Assembly: GCA_002404835.1 (NCBI GenBank)
Contig: DHKM01000002.1
Location: forward strand, 27,866-91,865
Reading direction: 5' to 3'
Source: Bacillales bacterium UBA4694
GTDB lineage: Bacteria > Bacillota_I > Bacilli_A > RFN20 > CAG-288
DNA: 64,000 nt
The notes under the pieces were generated by a model that was given only the letters and a program-made list of their open reading frames with translations, was not told where the DNA came from and searched no databases. The position numbers and the translations under genes are program-made. Below are positions 48,875 through 59,234 of the stretch, piece by piece; the first letter of the stretch is position 1, and each line of letters begins with the position of its first letter.

Positions 48875-51800
48875 ATATTATGAAAAACAGAAAGAAAAGA
48901 ACAAGTTTTAAAAGAAAAGCGGAAATATTGACTTTGGTTGCCCTCGGAACCATGAGTATCTCTGGATCCTTTGCCTATGTTTCGGTAAAGAACGCGGAAA
49001 AAGACAATGGAAACAATGGAAGTATCCTGACTCCGGATATTGATCGGGATGACGATGATTCCTCCCATGATGCATTGAGCTACATACTCAACAACATGCT
49101 TTCCTGCAAATCCATGAAATTCAACAATCTCGATATTGTTGCCAATCCTGGATCCGCATCCACTCAGGCCACGATTGCTCTTTCTGACCTTGGCGTCGAT
49201 CTTACCAACCTCAATTCTACCAGTATCTCTGCGCAAGGTAATATGGCAGTCTGCTTTGGCGGATATGAAAAAGAAAGCGAAAAGGGCGATGTCAAGAAAC
49301 TTAACAATACCATAACAACCTCCATGCATTTTGCTTTGGAGGATCTTACGACACTTTATCTGTCTGCCTTCAATGGACACTTCAAGCTTTCTGCACCGAG
49401 AACAATCGCTCAGATTTCGGCTTTAATCAATAAGTTCACCCCGTCCAGTGAAAACAAACCTTCCCAGACCAGCAACAACAATACGGATATCATGGAAATT
49501 GTCAATAAGGTCAAAGAAGTCATTTCCGGTAGTGATACTTCTATCGGATTGTCTATCGTGGACAACAAGAAAGATTCCATCGTCATTACCATCAATGATA
49601 TGGTTTTCGGCAAGACCGGTGAAACACAGACTGTTATCTCCGGGCTTAAGATTGTCTTGGGTTATGAAGGTACATGGGGAAACAATGACGGCGTTCTTAC
49701 AGATGCTACTTTGACTTCACTGGAAGTCGGCAGTCAGGCTGAACCGATCAAAATCCAGCAGCAGTATAATGGAAGTAAAGTCAATGATGTTTTGGCATCT
49801 CTTTATATTTCTACAGGGGAAAACGGAATCGTCATCGATAAAGAAAATGGAATGACTCTTGACGATCATTCCAACTATAACGATATGACTGATCCGAATC
49901 AGTCTGTTTTCTCTACTATCGGCGATATTTTCATGAAGAATTCAAACGGATCCGTTATGATGGCAAAAGCCAATATCGGACTGAACATCGATATCGATAA
50001 TTTCAATCAGGAAACCTATGCGAAAAAAGAAAACTTCATGAGCTTCGATGGCAGCCTCAAACTGGATGCCTCATCCGTTTCTCAGTTCCTTTCTTCTTCC
50101 AGGATGCTTCTGGAATTGAACAATGTCAAAAAAGGAAGCGACGTTAGTCAGACCGAAAAGCTGGATAGTCTGAAGATGTATTATGCCGGTGGCAATGAAG
50201 GTGCAGCTTATATCAATTTCGATGACGCTTACAAAGTCAAAATTGACAATACAGCTTCTTCTGAATTGGTCAAATATCTGTCTGATAATGGCAATGATAT
50301 CATCTCCAGCATTACTGATCAGGTCAAGGCTGCTTTGAATGCTGTTCCTAGCGATGCCATCAAGGATGCTGCAGAGAACGACACCAAGACAAGCGAAATC
50401 ATCGATAAGATTGCCGACTTCGTCTATCAGAAGACCGGAACGCTTCCGAACTCTGACCTGAATTCCTTGATCAACTTCGATTATATTCCGGATACGGCAG
50501 CCAAGAAGGGAACCTTTGTCTTCAAGCTCAGAAAAGATCTTCTTGGCATGAAGACCGTCGACCCTGAGAATCTTTCCGATACGGATTGGATGAGTGTTTC
50601 CATTCATATCACGACTGACAAGATTACCATCACCAACGGAAAAATCGATGAAACATACAAAGGAAGAATCCAGGATGTTACGATTTCCGGAATCGACATC
50701 AATGACAAGACGGTCATCGTCAAGATTGATTTGTCTAAGATTACGGATGTCAATATTGAATCCGATGTCTTTACGGAGGACGAGCATTATGTTTCCATCA
50801 ATGGAACCGTCGGTATTATCAAGACACTCGGAAACTATATCATCAATCAAAAAGGCGGAGTCAACTATGCTCTTACCTATCTCCCTGAGAACAAGGACAC
50901 TTCTTCTTCCTTTGGAATGAGCGGCTCTATCGGAGTCGATCTCAGTGAAATCAATTCCTTCAAGCAGCTTGGAAGTAGTGGATCTGTCTTTGGGCTTACT
51001 TCTTCTCAGTTCTATTTCACCAGTGAAATCGCAACCAAGAATGCAAGTGACACCAGCAAGAATCATTCCAGAAACTTGGAAGTCTCCTATAAAAAAGAAG
51101 AAAACAATTCCAGAAATCTTTATTTTGCCTATGATGATTGCTTCAAAAACTATGTCTCAGACGCTTCCATCAGCGATATTTGCTCCGTATTGGATAACAA
51201 GGTTTCCGGCCAGAGTTCCTCTGCTCCTCTTGCCATCAGCGGAATGGATGAAGTTCTTTCTGCTCTTGGTGTATCCGAGAAATTCCAGAATGATATCAAA
51301 GCCATCGTCAATGACAAGTCTCTGAGAACCCTGAATTCTTTCCTGACAGTCACGCAAGGTGAAAGCAAAGATGTTCTCGTTCTCTCTCTGAATTTAAGCT
51401 ATATTTTCGCAGGATCCGATCTTGCTAGTAAGGTCAAATCGATTGATGTCACCTTAGATGCTTCGACAGAAGCCTTTAAGTCTATCAAGGTCGGCGGATA
51501 TCGCGACAATAATAACGCCCTTCTTGAATTCGAAGTCGATTTCACCGACTTCAACATGCCGACTACTGACTATGGCGATTATGTTGAAATCAAGGATGCT
51601 ACTTCCATTTTCGATTCCTTCTACAATCTTCCTACCACGCTTGATGAATATGGTCTTGGAATCAACGCCTCTTTGACAGACAATACCAACAATCAGCTTG
51701 TCGTAGGATTGAATTCCGGTCTTGTTATCGACCGTACACATAACAACTACGATGGCGCAGTTGTCATATCTCATCCGTCTCTTTCGAATCTCGATGGCGG

Positions 51801-53652
51801 AAACAGTATGGCAAAACAGAAAATCGAATTTGCCTATGATTCCATGGAGAAGCAGGAATCCGGTGATTACGTTTCAATCCAGGATCCTACTTTTGTTGCC
51901 GAATACAATGACAGAATGCATATCAAGATGGGAAGCAGTTCTGTCAAAGATCTTGTATCAACGATTTCCAATGATAAATCCACACACAAACTCCTTGAAG
52001 CTTTGACTTCCTTGAATTTGGTTGCGAACGGACTTCCGCTTGAAAAGGCGGCAACGACAAAAGACGCCAGCGTTCTTCTTGAAAACAAATTGATAGACAA
52101 AGTTGTGTTCGATGATGCAAACAACCAGATTGTTCTTACCATGTTTGCTTCTCTGTTCAATAGCGAAGCCTCTGATACCGACAGAGTAACAGTCTCTGTT
52201 TCCTATACGGAAGCGACCAAAGACGAAGAAGGTAAAGTGACGGACCATTCGTCAGCCAAACTCAATCGCATTTCTCTTTCTGGACTGACCTTGAAGGGTG
52301 GAAAGCAGATTGAAGCCTCCATTTCCTTGGAGTCCGATTATCAAAATACATTGGACAATGCCGTGAAGGATACGACCACAGGAGAGACTGCTTTCCATGT
52401 TGCCAGACCCGGTGATAAGGCAAGCAACGGACAAGAAGTCGGTTTCATCAACCTTGCGGATTTCAATGATCTGATTAAAGCAGGAATCGATACTACAAAC
52501 TTCAATTATTATTCTTTGGCTGGAAATGTTTCTTTGGATCTTACTGCCTGGCTCCAAGAATCTCAAATTGATATCAATGAGTTTTCCTTCGATCTTTCTT
52601 TGAAATTCACATTCTTTATTGCTGATGGACAGCTCTATGCCGACTTCTATATCAATAGAGGACAGAATCAGTTTGCTGATTTCAAGTTCAACGGCGATTA
52701 TGTGTATGTCACCTCTTCCAATGATACAGAGAAAGGGCAGTATAAGACCTATCGAATGAAGAAGGCAGATGTCACGTCCAAGAACAACATGCTCTATCTC
52801 CTTCTTTCCGAAGGACTTGGAATCGATTCCCATATTGCGGGAAGAACCTTGATGGCTCAGCTCTATGCCGGATTCAACAACCAGGTCGTCAACCCGGAAG
52901 AAAATGCTGAAGAAACCGTAGAAGAATCGGTAGACGAATCAGCAGAGGAATCAACTTCCTCTGGTCTTAATCTTCCAATCAAACTTGGAATCACGGACGA
53001 TTTCTCTTCTATCCTTGCCAATACTGCCATTCAGTCAAAGGTCAACACCGGAGTCGAAGGTGAACAGGTCAACAAGTGGTCCATTGTTCTCAATCCGAAT
53101 TCTCTCTTTACTTCTGCTTCCGATATTTCCAAACTTGTCAGCTTCGGCGAAACCAGATTGGATATTTATGATATGGCTATCCGCAATCAGAACGATGACG
53201 GAAGTTGGACTAGAACAACCACACCGCTTTACGGAATGAATCTTAAGACTGCCATCAATCTCCTTCCCGGAACCTATGGTGACGATACTCAGGTTGCCAG
53301 GGTCAAACTCGGTCTCTCTCTCCATGCCAATTACAGCAACAATACGGATGGATATGGTATTGTCAGCGATGATATGGTCAAAAATTACCGCGATTCAACG
53401 GCCCAAGCAAGCAACGATTCAACGGCTGAAGCAAAATCCAATACCGAGATCGGTGTATCCAATTTCTTTGCCTGCACTCACAATATCGACAAGGTTGTCA
53501 CCAGTGACTTCAATGTCAATGCTGTCTCTCTGATTTCGAAAGAGCTTTACGACTTCTCCAGCGGAAATCTTATCGAATTCTATAATAACTATAATATCGA
53601 TACTTCTGCTATCGTCTATATCAACGACATTTTCGAGTATTATAAGGATTAA
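48871..53652 (+). CDS. Giant secreted/surface protein (1593 aa), paralog B of the divergent pair
   Basis: N-terminal basic stretch plus a hydrophobic signal (ILTLVALGTMSISGSFAYVS, no lipobox Cys). Shares several conserved blocks with the 43428..47579 protein. Contains an acidic linker (EENAEETVEESVDESAEEST). Confidence 0.6.
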   Translation: MNIMKNRKKRTSFKRKAEILTLVALGTMSISGSFAYVSVKNAEKDNGNNGSILTPDIDRDDDDSSHDALSYILNNMLSCKSMKFNNLDIVANPGSASTQATIALSDLGVDLTNLNSTSISAQGNMAVCFGGYEKESEKGDVKKLNNTITTSMHFALEDLTTLYLSAFNGHFKLSAPRTIAQISALINKFTPSSENKPSQTSNNNTDIMEIVNKVKEVISGSDTSIGLSIVDNKKDSIVITINDMVFGKTGETQTVISGLKIVLGYEGTWGNNDGVLTDATLTSLEVGSQAEPIKIQQQYNGSKVNDVLASLYISTGENGIVIDKENGMTLDDHSNYNDMTDPNQSVFSTIGDIFMKNSNGSVMMAKANIGLNIDIDNFNQETYAKKENFMSFDGSLKLDASSVSQFLSSSRMLLELNNVKKGSDVSQTEKLDSLKMYYAGGNEGAAYINFDDAYKVKIDNTASSELVKYLSDNGNDIISSITDQVKAALNAVPSDAIKDAAENDTKTSEIIDKIADFVYQKTGTLPNSDLNSLINFDYIPDTAAKKGTFVFKLRKDLLGMKTVDPENLSDTDWMSVSIHITTDKITITNGKIDETYKGRIQDVTISGIDINDKTVIVKIDLSKITDVNIESDVFTEDEHYVSINGTVGIIKTLGNYIINQKGGVNYALTYLPENKDTSSSFGMSGSIGVDLSEINSFKQLGSSGSVFGLTSSQFYFTSEIATKNASDTSKNHSRNLEVSYKKEENNSRNLYFAYDDCFKNYVSDASISDICSVLDNKVSGQSSSAPLAISGMDEVLSALGVSEKFQNDIKAIVNDKSLRTLNSFLTVTQGESKDVLVLSLNLSYIFAGSDLASKVKSIDVTLDASTEAFKSIKVGGYRDNNNALLEFEVDFTDFNMPTTDYGDYVEIKDATSIFDSFYNLPTTLDEYGLGINASLTDNTNNQLVVGLNSGLVIDRTHNNYDGAVVISHPSLSNLDGGNSMAKQKIEFAYDSMEKQESGDYVSIQDPTFVAEYNDRMHIKMGSSSVKDLVSTISNDKSTHKLLEALTSLNLVANGLPLEKAATTKDASVLLENKLIDKVVFDDANNQIVLTMFASLFNSEASDTDRVTVSVSYTEATKDEEGKVTDHSSAKLNRISLSGLTLKGGKQIEASISLESDYQNTLDNAVKDTTTGETAFHVARPGDKASNGQEVGFINLADFNDLIKAGIDTTNFNYYSLAGNVSLDLTAWLQESQIDINEFSFDLSLKFTFFIADGQLYADFYINRGQNQFADFKFNGDYVYVTSSNDTEKGQYKTYRMKKADVTSKNNMLYLLLSEGLGIDSHIAGRTLMAQLYAGFNNQVVNPEENAEETVEESVDESAEESTSSGLNLPIKLGITDDFSSILANTAIQSKVNTGVEGEQVNKWSIVLNPNSLFTSASDISKLVSFGETRLDIYDMAIRNQNDDGSWTRTTTPLYGMNLKTAINLLPGTYGDDTQVARVKLGLSLHANYSNNTDGYGIVSDDMVKNYRDSTAQASNDSTAEAKSNTEIGVSNFFACTHNIDKVVTSDFNVNAVSLISKELYDFSSGNLIEFYNNYNIDTSAIVYINDIFEYYKD

Positions 53653-53662
53653 TGTAAAAATA

Positions 53663-53700
53663 AATCCCTTTGCCTTTTCATAAGACGAAGGGATTTTATT
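53663..53700 (+). terminator. Terminator after giant paralog B
   Basis: AAATCCCTT-loop-AAGGGATTT hairpin followed by TTTATT. Confidence 0.5.
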
Positions 53701-53706
53701 GTGAGT

Positions 53707-53746
53707 AAAAAACGGACAAACAAAAAGTTCCACTCGCAGGTGGAAC
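53707..53746 (-). terminator. Terminator after the alcohol dehydrogenase gene
   Basis: GTTCCAC-tcgcag-GTGGAAC hairpin at 53727..53746 with a long T-rich tail on the minus strand. Confidence 0.5.
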
Positions 53747-53753
53747 TTGATTG

Positions 53754-54926
53754 TCATTCGAAACAGTCTTCCAGAATTTTGAGCGTCTCTTCTTCGCTGA
53801 GCGGATGGAATCCGGCCTCAAGTCCGTTCTGATATGCGCTTTTTGCGATTAGAGGAAGCATATCCTTGGTCGCATTCAGTTCTTTCAAGGTAGTCGGAAT
53901 CTTCAGTTCCTTGATGAAATTCTCCATCTTTTCGATTCCTTCGGCAATGATTTCATCCTGTGTTTTTCCTTCTCTTGCTACTTGGAAGACATTTACGGCA
54001 AATTTTTCGAACTGATTCTTTCCGAATTTAGAGATATATTTGTAGTAAGGATAGGAAATAACGGCAAGTCCTAATCCATGCGGACAATGAGTATAAGCAC
54101 CTAATTGATGCTCGATTCCGTGTACATTCCAGTCCTGCTTTTTTCCAAGTCCGACAACGGTATTGAGAGCAAGTGTCGCTTCCCACATCAAATTGCTTCT
54201 TGCTTCATAATCCTGTGGATTCTTACTAGCTTTCTTTCCGTGATCGATGACAGCCCTCATGAGACCTTCTAGGATATAATCACTTGTATTGTCCCCGTCA
54301 TCGCTGAAATACTGCTCCATCAGATGAGAGAACATATCGAAGATTCCGCTGACCATCTGTGGATAAGGAACCGTGAGAGTATAGCTTGGATCGAGGATGG
54401 AGAAGACAGGGTAGTTGAATTCACCATATACTTTCCCGATTTTCAGCTTCTTTTCTTCGTTTGTGATGACGGAACCTGAATTCATTTCGCTTCCTGTACC
54501 GACCATGGTGAGAACTGTTCCGATTGGAGTGACAGGATGGGTGAGATTTTCCTGCCTTTCATAATATTTTCCCCAAGGATCTTTTTCCCCGATACTGGCA
54601 GCGATTGCCTTGCTGCAATCAATGACACTGCCGCCTCCGACAGCAAGAATGAATCCGATTCCGTTTTCTTCGATCAGCTTCTTTCCTTCCAGAACGGAAG
54701 AATAACTTGGATTTGAATGGACTCCGGAGAGCTCGAAGACTTCCTTTCCGGTATTCTTCAGATGGGAGATGACAGTATCATAAATGCCGTTGTTCTTGAT
54801 GCTTCCGGTTCCATAGACCAAAAGAACCTTTTTGGAAACTTTTTTCAATTCTTTGTCCAGGTTGGAGATGCTGTTCTTGCCGAAATAAATTTTTGTCGGA
54901 TTGAAATATTCGAAATTGCCTTCCAT
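53754..54926 (-). CDS. Iron-containing (group III) alcohol dehydrogenase, butanol-dehydrogenase-like
   Basis: GGGSVIDCSKAIAAS Fe-ADH signature and conserved His cluster (HGIEHQL...CPHG). 390 aa. Confidence 0.85.
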   Translation of the reverse strand: MEGNFEYFNPTKIYFGKNSISNLDKELKKVSKKVLLVYGTGSIKNNGIYDTVISHLKNTGKEVFELSGVHSNPSYSSVLEGKKLIEENGIGFILAVGGGSVIDCSKAIAASIGEKDPWGKYYERQENLTHPVTPIGTVLTMVGTGSEMNSGSVITNEEKKLKIGKVYGEFNYPVFSILDPSYTLTVPYPQMVSGIFDMFSHLMEQYFSDDGDNTSDYILEGLMRAVIDHGKKASKNPQDYEARSNLMWEATLALNTVVGLGKKQDWNVHGIEHQLGAYTHCPHGLGLAVISYPYYKYISKFGKNQFEKFAVNVFQVAREGKTQDEIIAEGIEKMENFIKELKIPTTLKELNATKDMLPLIAKSAYQNGLEAGFHPLSEEETLKILEDCFE

Positions 54927-55088
54927 AATTAAACCTCCTAATGGCTCTTATATTGTAGAACTTAAATCAAGGTTTAAGTCAAGAGGGAATCAAATATTCG
55001 ATAAAAAAGCAGACACAAAGTATTGCTTTTGTGTCCGCCTGTTGATTTTCGTTTGGTATTATTGTTATGTGTGTTCTTATTGTGGTTT

Positions 55089-55856
55089 TTACTTATCCTC
55101 ATGATTCCATGATTGATTTTTTTCGGAAAAATCTGTTCCAGTGAAAGAAACCGGTGATGCATGGATGGATTTATTTTTCGCAGTGTGCTTTTTGAAGAAA
55201 TGCATGAAATTGGAATTGATGTTGAGTTTTGTTGCAGTCTTCTCCAAGATAAATACGATTGTGCTTCCTGCCAAGGAATTGACGATGAATTCGACGATGA
55301 AGTTGACTCCGATGATTGCAAAGACGAAGACGAAGGGGTTGGCGAAAGTGCCGAGTTGATCTATGGCCGGAGTATTGTAGAAGAAGAGGCAGAAGGTAGT
55401 CATGAAGAGAATCGTATTCAGCAATGCTGTGCAGGCAGAACTGATAAAAGTCGCAAAATAGCCTTTTTTATCCTTGATTTTGATAGCATCATGGATAAGT
55501 CCCGTAAAAAATCCTACGAGCATTCTGGCAATAAGGCACATACAGATCAAACCGGACCAATACCGGAGAGCTGTTATTTCACCTTTTGCGACGCAGCTTT
55601 GAAGTAACAGTGCTGTTGCATCCATACCGAGTACAGCCTGCAGAATGGAAATGAATCCCCAAATCGTTCCGGCAAGAAGCCCCATCCAAGGGCCGAAGAT
55701 ACAGGCGATGATGCTGACTGGTATTCCCATCAGCGTAATCGTCAGGGTTCCTGTCTGGATTGTTCCAATCGGAGTAAAACCAAATAGGAACATGACTGCG
55801 ATCATCAAAGCCGTTACACTGAGAGTGTAGACGGCATAGTTTCTTCTTTTTTTCAT
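55089..55856 (-). CDS. ECF transporter S (substrate-capture) component, probably pantothenate-specific
   Basis: About 6 TM helices in the typical ECF-S size and pattern. It lies immediately downstream of coaX with a 14-nt gap. Confidence 0.55.
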   Translation of the reverse strand: MKKRRNYAVYTLSVTALMIAVMFLFGFTPIGTIQTGTLTITLMGIPVSIIACIFGPWMGLLAGTIWGFISILQAVLGMDATALLLQSCVAKGEITALRYWSGLICMCLIARMLVGFFTGLIHDAIKIKDKKGYFATFISSACTALLNTILFMTTFCLFFYNTPAIDQLGTFANPFVFVFAIIGVNFIVEFIVNSLAGSTIVFILEKTATKLNINSNFMHFFKKHTAKNKSIHASPVSFTGTDFSEKNQSWNHEDK

Positions 55857-55870
55857 GGATTTTGCCTTTC

Positions 55871-56634
55871 TTAGTTGTTCTTCATGTAAATGTCGTAAAG
55901 ACCGTCGAATACGATGTCCGGATTATATGTCATATCCGTTAGAAGGCTTCTCACTAGGGAAGCGTCTGGTCCAGTCAGGACTTTGAATAAGGATGATCCG
56001 TGCTCTGTTTCGATTCTTCTGGAAAACTCTTCGATCAAACAAGCGTATCCGTTAAGAATGCCGTTGTTCATGCTTTCTTTCGTTGATTTTCCAAGCATTC
56101 TTTTAGGCTTTTCGAATTCGATATCCATCAGCTGTGCGTTGGAATTGAACATCAGGGAAGAAGAAGTCATCAGTCCTGGAAAAAGCGAACCACCGACAAA
56201 TTCTTTCCTTTTTGTTACAACAACAAAGGAAACAACAGTGGACATATCGACGATTAGGGTATCTCGCTGATAATCGTTGACTCCGCCAAGAGCTTCTGCA
56301 ATCAGATCGGTTCCGACTTCGCTTGGATTATCCATTCGGATGGCAAGACCTGTTTTCAATGTTCGATTGAGAACGAGGCATTGCTTTTTTAGAAGCATGG
56401 TTGTGGCATTTCGGATGCGGTTTGTCAAAGAGGGAACTACAGAAGATAGAATAGCACCATCAAAATCCTGGATGGATAGATGTTCCATTTCTAAAAACGT
56501 GGCCAGAATATGCTGATATTCGAGCTCGCTTCTTAGTTTGTCAGCATAGGTTCGAAACGAAAAAACGGCTTTCCTTTCTTGATAGACTCTTATATCAAGG
56601 GAAAGATTGCTGAGATCCAGTAGAAGAATCATGA
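55871..56634 (-). CDS. coaX: Type III pantothenate kinase
   Basis: Start at MILLLDLSNLSL behind a GGAGGTG RBS. Acetate and sugar kinases/Hsc70/actin (ASKHA) fold motifs (LLLDLSN, GTD, LIVDMSTVV, LTGPDA). Confidence 0.7.
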
Positions 56635-56732
56635 AAAGACACCTCCTGACTATAGTCCTATCTAGGATAGGTACCATGTATACAATGTCTTTGGACTGCA
56701 TTACTATACAGTTTTGCTTTGCGAAATGCAAG

Positions 56733-56757
56733 AAAAAACCATGGGACTAACCCATGG
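56733..56757 (-). terminator. Terminator after the HMA-domain gene
   Basis: CCATGGG-actaa-CCCATGG hairpin plus a T-run on the minus strand. Confidence 0.5.
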
Positions 56758-56759
56758 CA

Positions 56760-57047
56760 TCAATCTTTCTTATAGAATTTGTAGTGTTTCTTCGAAAACG
56801 TGAAAAAGAAGGTATCTTTCAGATTTAGCTCTCTATTGATTTCTTTTATCCGATATCCGGAGTTCTGTAATGCGTTTTGGAATTCTTCTTCGTCCAGTGT
56901 CACATCGGATAAGACCGTGCATGTATTTTTAGTGTGGCTTGCCTTGACTTTGATGGCTCTATTTACATGGTCTTTTATAAGAGTGGAGACATGCTCTTCG
57001 CACATGGGACATTTCATCCCATCGATTTTCAGTGTATAGCGATTCAT
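56760..57047 (-). CDS. Heavy-metal-associated (HMA) domain protein, CopZ-like with a basic C-terminal extension
   Basis: YTLKIDGMKCPMCEEHV: GMxCxxC metal-binding loop in a beta-alpha-beta-beta-alpha-beta context. 95 aa. Confidence 0.65.
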   Translation of the reverse strand: MNRYTLKIDGMKCPMCEEHVSTLIKDHVNRAIKVKASHTKNTCTVLSDVTLDEEEFQNALQNSGYRIKEINRELNLKDTFFFTFSKKHYKFYKKD

Positions 57048-57109
57048 AGGAACTCTCCTTTGTTAGACATGGCTAATTATATTCTTTTTAATTGAAAAAG
57101 GAAAGGATT

Positions 57110-57682
57110 TCACTGTTTCTTGGATAAAATTCCCCGGATATTCGAATTCTTCAAATTCTCGAGCATGCTGCTTCGGATAAAGACAAGCGTCGAATAGATA
57201 TGGTCTTCTTTTTTTTCGGGGTCTTTCACAAGATCGAGAAAGAAATAACTGATATTCTCTCTTTTATGATAGAAATAGAAACTCGGGGTGATGAAGATTT
57301 CATTGCCGTCCTCTTTTTCCTGGAGGTTCTCTCTTCTGGATACATCATATCCTTTCGGGATTTGGAAGAAAAAGACAAGCTTTGCTTCAGGGTTCTTCTT
57401 GAAATCAATCCATTGAACATCTGAACTGGAATAGGAAAGACCGACCATTTTGAGAAAAGAATCCTTTTCTTCATCGTTTTCCATCAAATAAGAATTGAAG
57501 TAGTATGTTTTCTCTGTGGAAGCTAGATTGTTCTGGAGCTCTTTTTCCTGGATGTTTCTGTAAGGCAAAGAAAAGGAGACAGGAATCTCCTTGCCATAGA
57601 AACACTGGTAGCAGGTAACTTCTGTTTTCTGACAGGAAGAAAGCAGAAGGGAAAACAGAAGAAGAAAATGGTTCTTTTTCAT
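57110..57682 (-). CDS. Lipoprotein, function unknown
   Basis: MKKNHFLLLFSLLLSSCQK lipobox. Lies 3 nt downstream of tilS. Confidence 0.55.
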   Translation of the reverse strand: MKKNHFLLLFSLLLSSCQKTEVTCYQCFYGKEIPVSFSLPYRNIQEKELQNNLASTEKTYYFNSYLMENDEEKDSFLKMVGLSYSSSDVQWIDFKKNPEAKLVFFFQIPKGYDVSRRENLQEKEDGNEIFITPSFYFYHKRENISYFFLDLVKDPEKKEDHIYSTLVFIRSSMLENLKNSNIRGILSKKQ

Positions 57683-57684
57683 CT

Positions 57685-58923
57685 TTAATATAATACCTTA
57701 AATGTAAACGGAATTCTTTTTTTTCGGATATCGACAAAGAAAGGAACGTATTTTATCTTTCCTTGGTATTCGAAAACGGGGTAAATCTTTTTAAGACGGT
57801 TCGGTATTTCCTGATCTTCAAGGAAGCTAGTGACGTTTTTCTCTTTTAGATTGGTATCGATTGTATCCCCGTCATGACAATTTCTTATGATAAAAGGAAA
57901 AGCGGGAATGTTGAAAACACGGGGATCAGAAAGGTCGATGATGAATTTCTCTGTCTCATAGCGTCCTGGTTTGTCAAAGATATAGGAATAGCCTGTCTGC
58001 TTGGTTTTATCTATAAAGAAGTGGAAGCAGTTGCGGAAAAGGGATTTCTCATCGGATAGTTCCATTTGGTTGACGGATCTTCCATTTAGGAATTCGTAGG
58101 CTTCTTTGCCAAGTCCTGCCAATCTTTTTGAGGATACATTCAGATTTTCTTTTTTCAATAAAAAGAAAAGAAGCCTCCTTTTTTCTTCCTCCGAAAAGCA
58201 ATCGTAATCCGAAAAAGATATCGGATAGGAAAGTAAGGCAAACTTATGGTAAAGTCCTGAAATCCTTAGATTCTCGCTGTCGATCTCTTTCTGAATCTCT
58301 CTTTGCTTGGAAACGGGTATCTCTTCTTTTCGAATCAGATTCCGTTTCGTATGGTTATCGTAGTTAGTGATATCGTCATAGAAAGGAATGCCGTTTTCAA
58401 TAAGGAATTGAGTAAGTTCTGATTTTGAAATGGAGAGAATTGGCCTATAAACCATCATTCCATTCAAAGTTGTTTTTGGAGGTAATCCGTAAAACAATGG
58501 TATGTTCTTTCTCTCTTTCTGAAGAATATATGTCTCAACAGAATCGGTCAATTGGTGGGCAGTCAGAAGTGCAGTGAATCCATATTTCTTGCATAGGGAT
58601 TCAAAAAGTGTATAACGGTAGATTCTAGCCCAGTCTTCGAAATTACCGTCTTTTTTCCTGTCGTATTCCGTATCATATTTGAAGAGTTCCAGTGAAAAAG
58701 AAGAAATCATATCGATAACAAGTTTCTCTTCCTTATTCACAAAAGGCGAATCATGATAGTTGATGTAGCAAACAGCGATTCTGTCCTTCAGTGTGTCTTT
58801 ATAGTATTCATGAAGCATATAAAGAAGAAAGACAGAATCCGGTCCACCAGAAAAAGCGAGAAGAAACCTTCCCGCTTTCATTTTCAGTTTATCGAATTCT
58901 TCAAAGATTCTATTTTTGTTCAT
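57685..58923 (-). CDS. tilS: tRNA(Ile)-lysidine synthetase
   Basis: PP-loop LAFSGGPDSVFLL. 412 aa. Conserved yabO-divIC-tilS order. Confidence 0.85.
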   Translation of the reverse strand: MNKNRIFEEFDKLKMKAGRFLLAFSGGPDSVFLLYMLHEYYKDTLKDRIAVCYINYHDSPFVNKEEKLVIDMISSFSLELFKYDTEYDRKKDGNFEDWARIYRYTLFESLCKKYGFTALLTAHQLTDSVETYILQKERKNIPLFYGLPPKTTLNGMMVYRPILSISKSELTQFLIENGIPFYDDITNYDNHTKRNLIRKEEIPVSKQREIQKEIDSENLRISGLYHKFALLSYPISFSDYDCFSEEEKRRLLFFLLKKENLNVSSKRLAGLGKEAYEFLNGRSVNQMELSDEKSLFRNCFHFFIDKTKQTGYSYIFDKPGRYETEKFIIDLSDPRVFNIPAFPFIIRNCHDGDTIDTNLKEKNVTSFLEDQEIPNRLKKIYPVFEYQGKIKYVPFFVDIRKKRIPFTFKVLY

Positions 58924-59234
58924 TTGTATTCGATGACGATGTCATCGCTGGGAATATAGACGTTGTTACCATCGAAATAGACAGAAGCATAATCCGGATC
59001 GACAAGATTCTCGTGTTCTTTCGCTACTTTGTTGTATTGGTCGATGACCTGGGCTTCTCTGGATTTCAAGGAAATGCTGTTATTATAAATGATTACGAAG
59101 GCGATACCTAAAACAGCTACAATTGTAGCAAGGGCGATGCTTGTGGAGAGAAGAATCGTTTTTTGGGCTTTGACGCTGAGTCCTTTTTTAGGAAGGAGAG
59201 CGCCAGCCGGATTCGCTTTCGTTTCTTTTTTCAT
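58920..59234 (-). CDS. Small bitopic membrane protein; a DivIC/FtsB-like septation protein by position
   Basis: Single TM ([23 protein letters not shown]), then a short coiled-coil-like segment. It occupies the divIC slot between the S4-domain gene and tilS. Confidence 0.45.
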   Translation of the reverse strand: MKKETKANPAGALLPKKGLSVKAQKTILLSTSIALATIVAVLGIAFVIIYNNSISLKSREAQVIDQYNKVAKEHENLVDPDYASVYFDGNNVYIPSDDIVIEYK

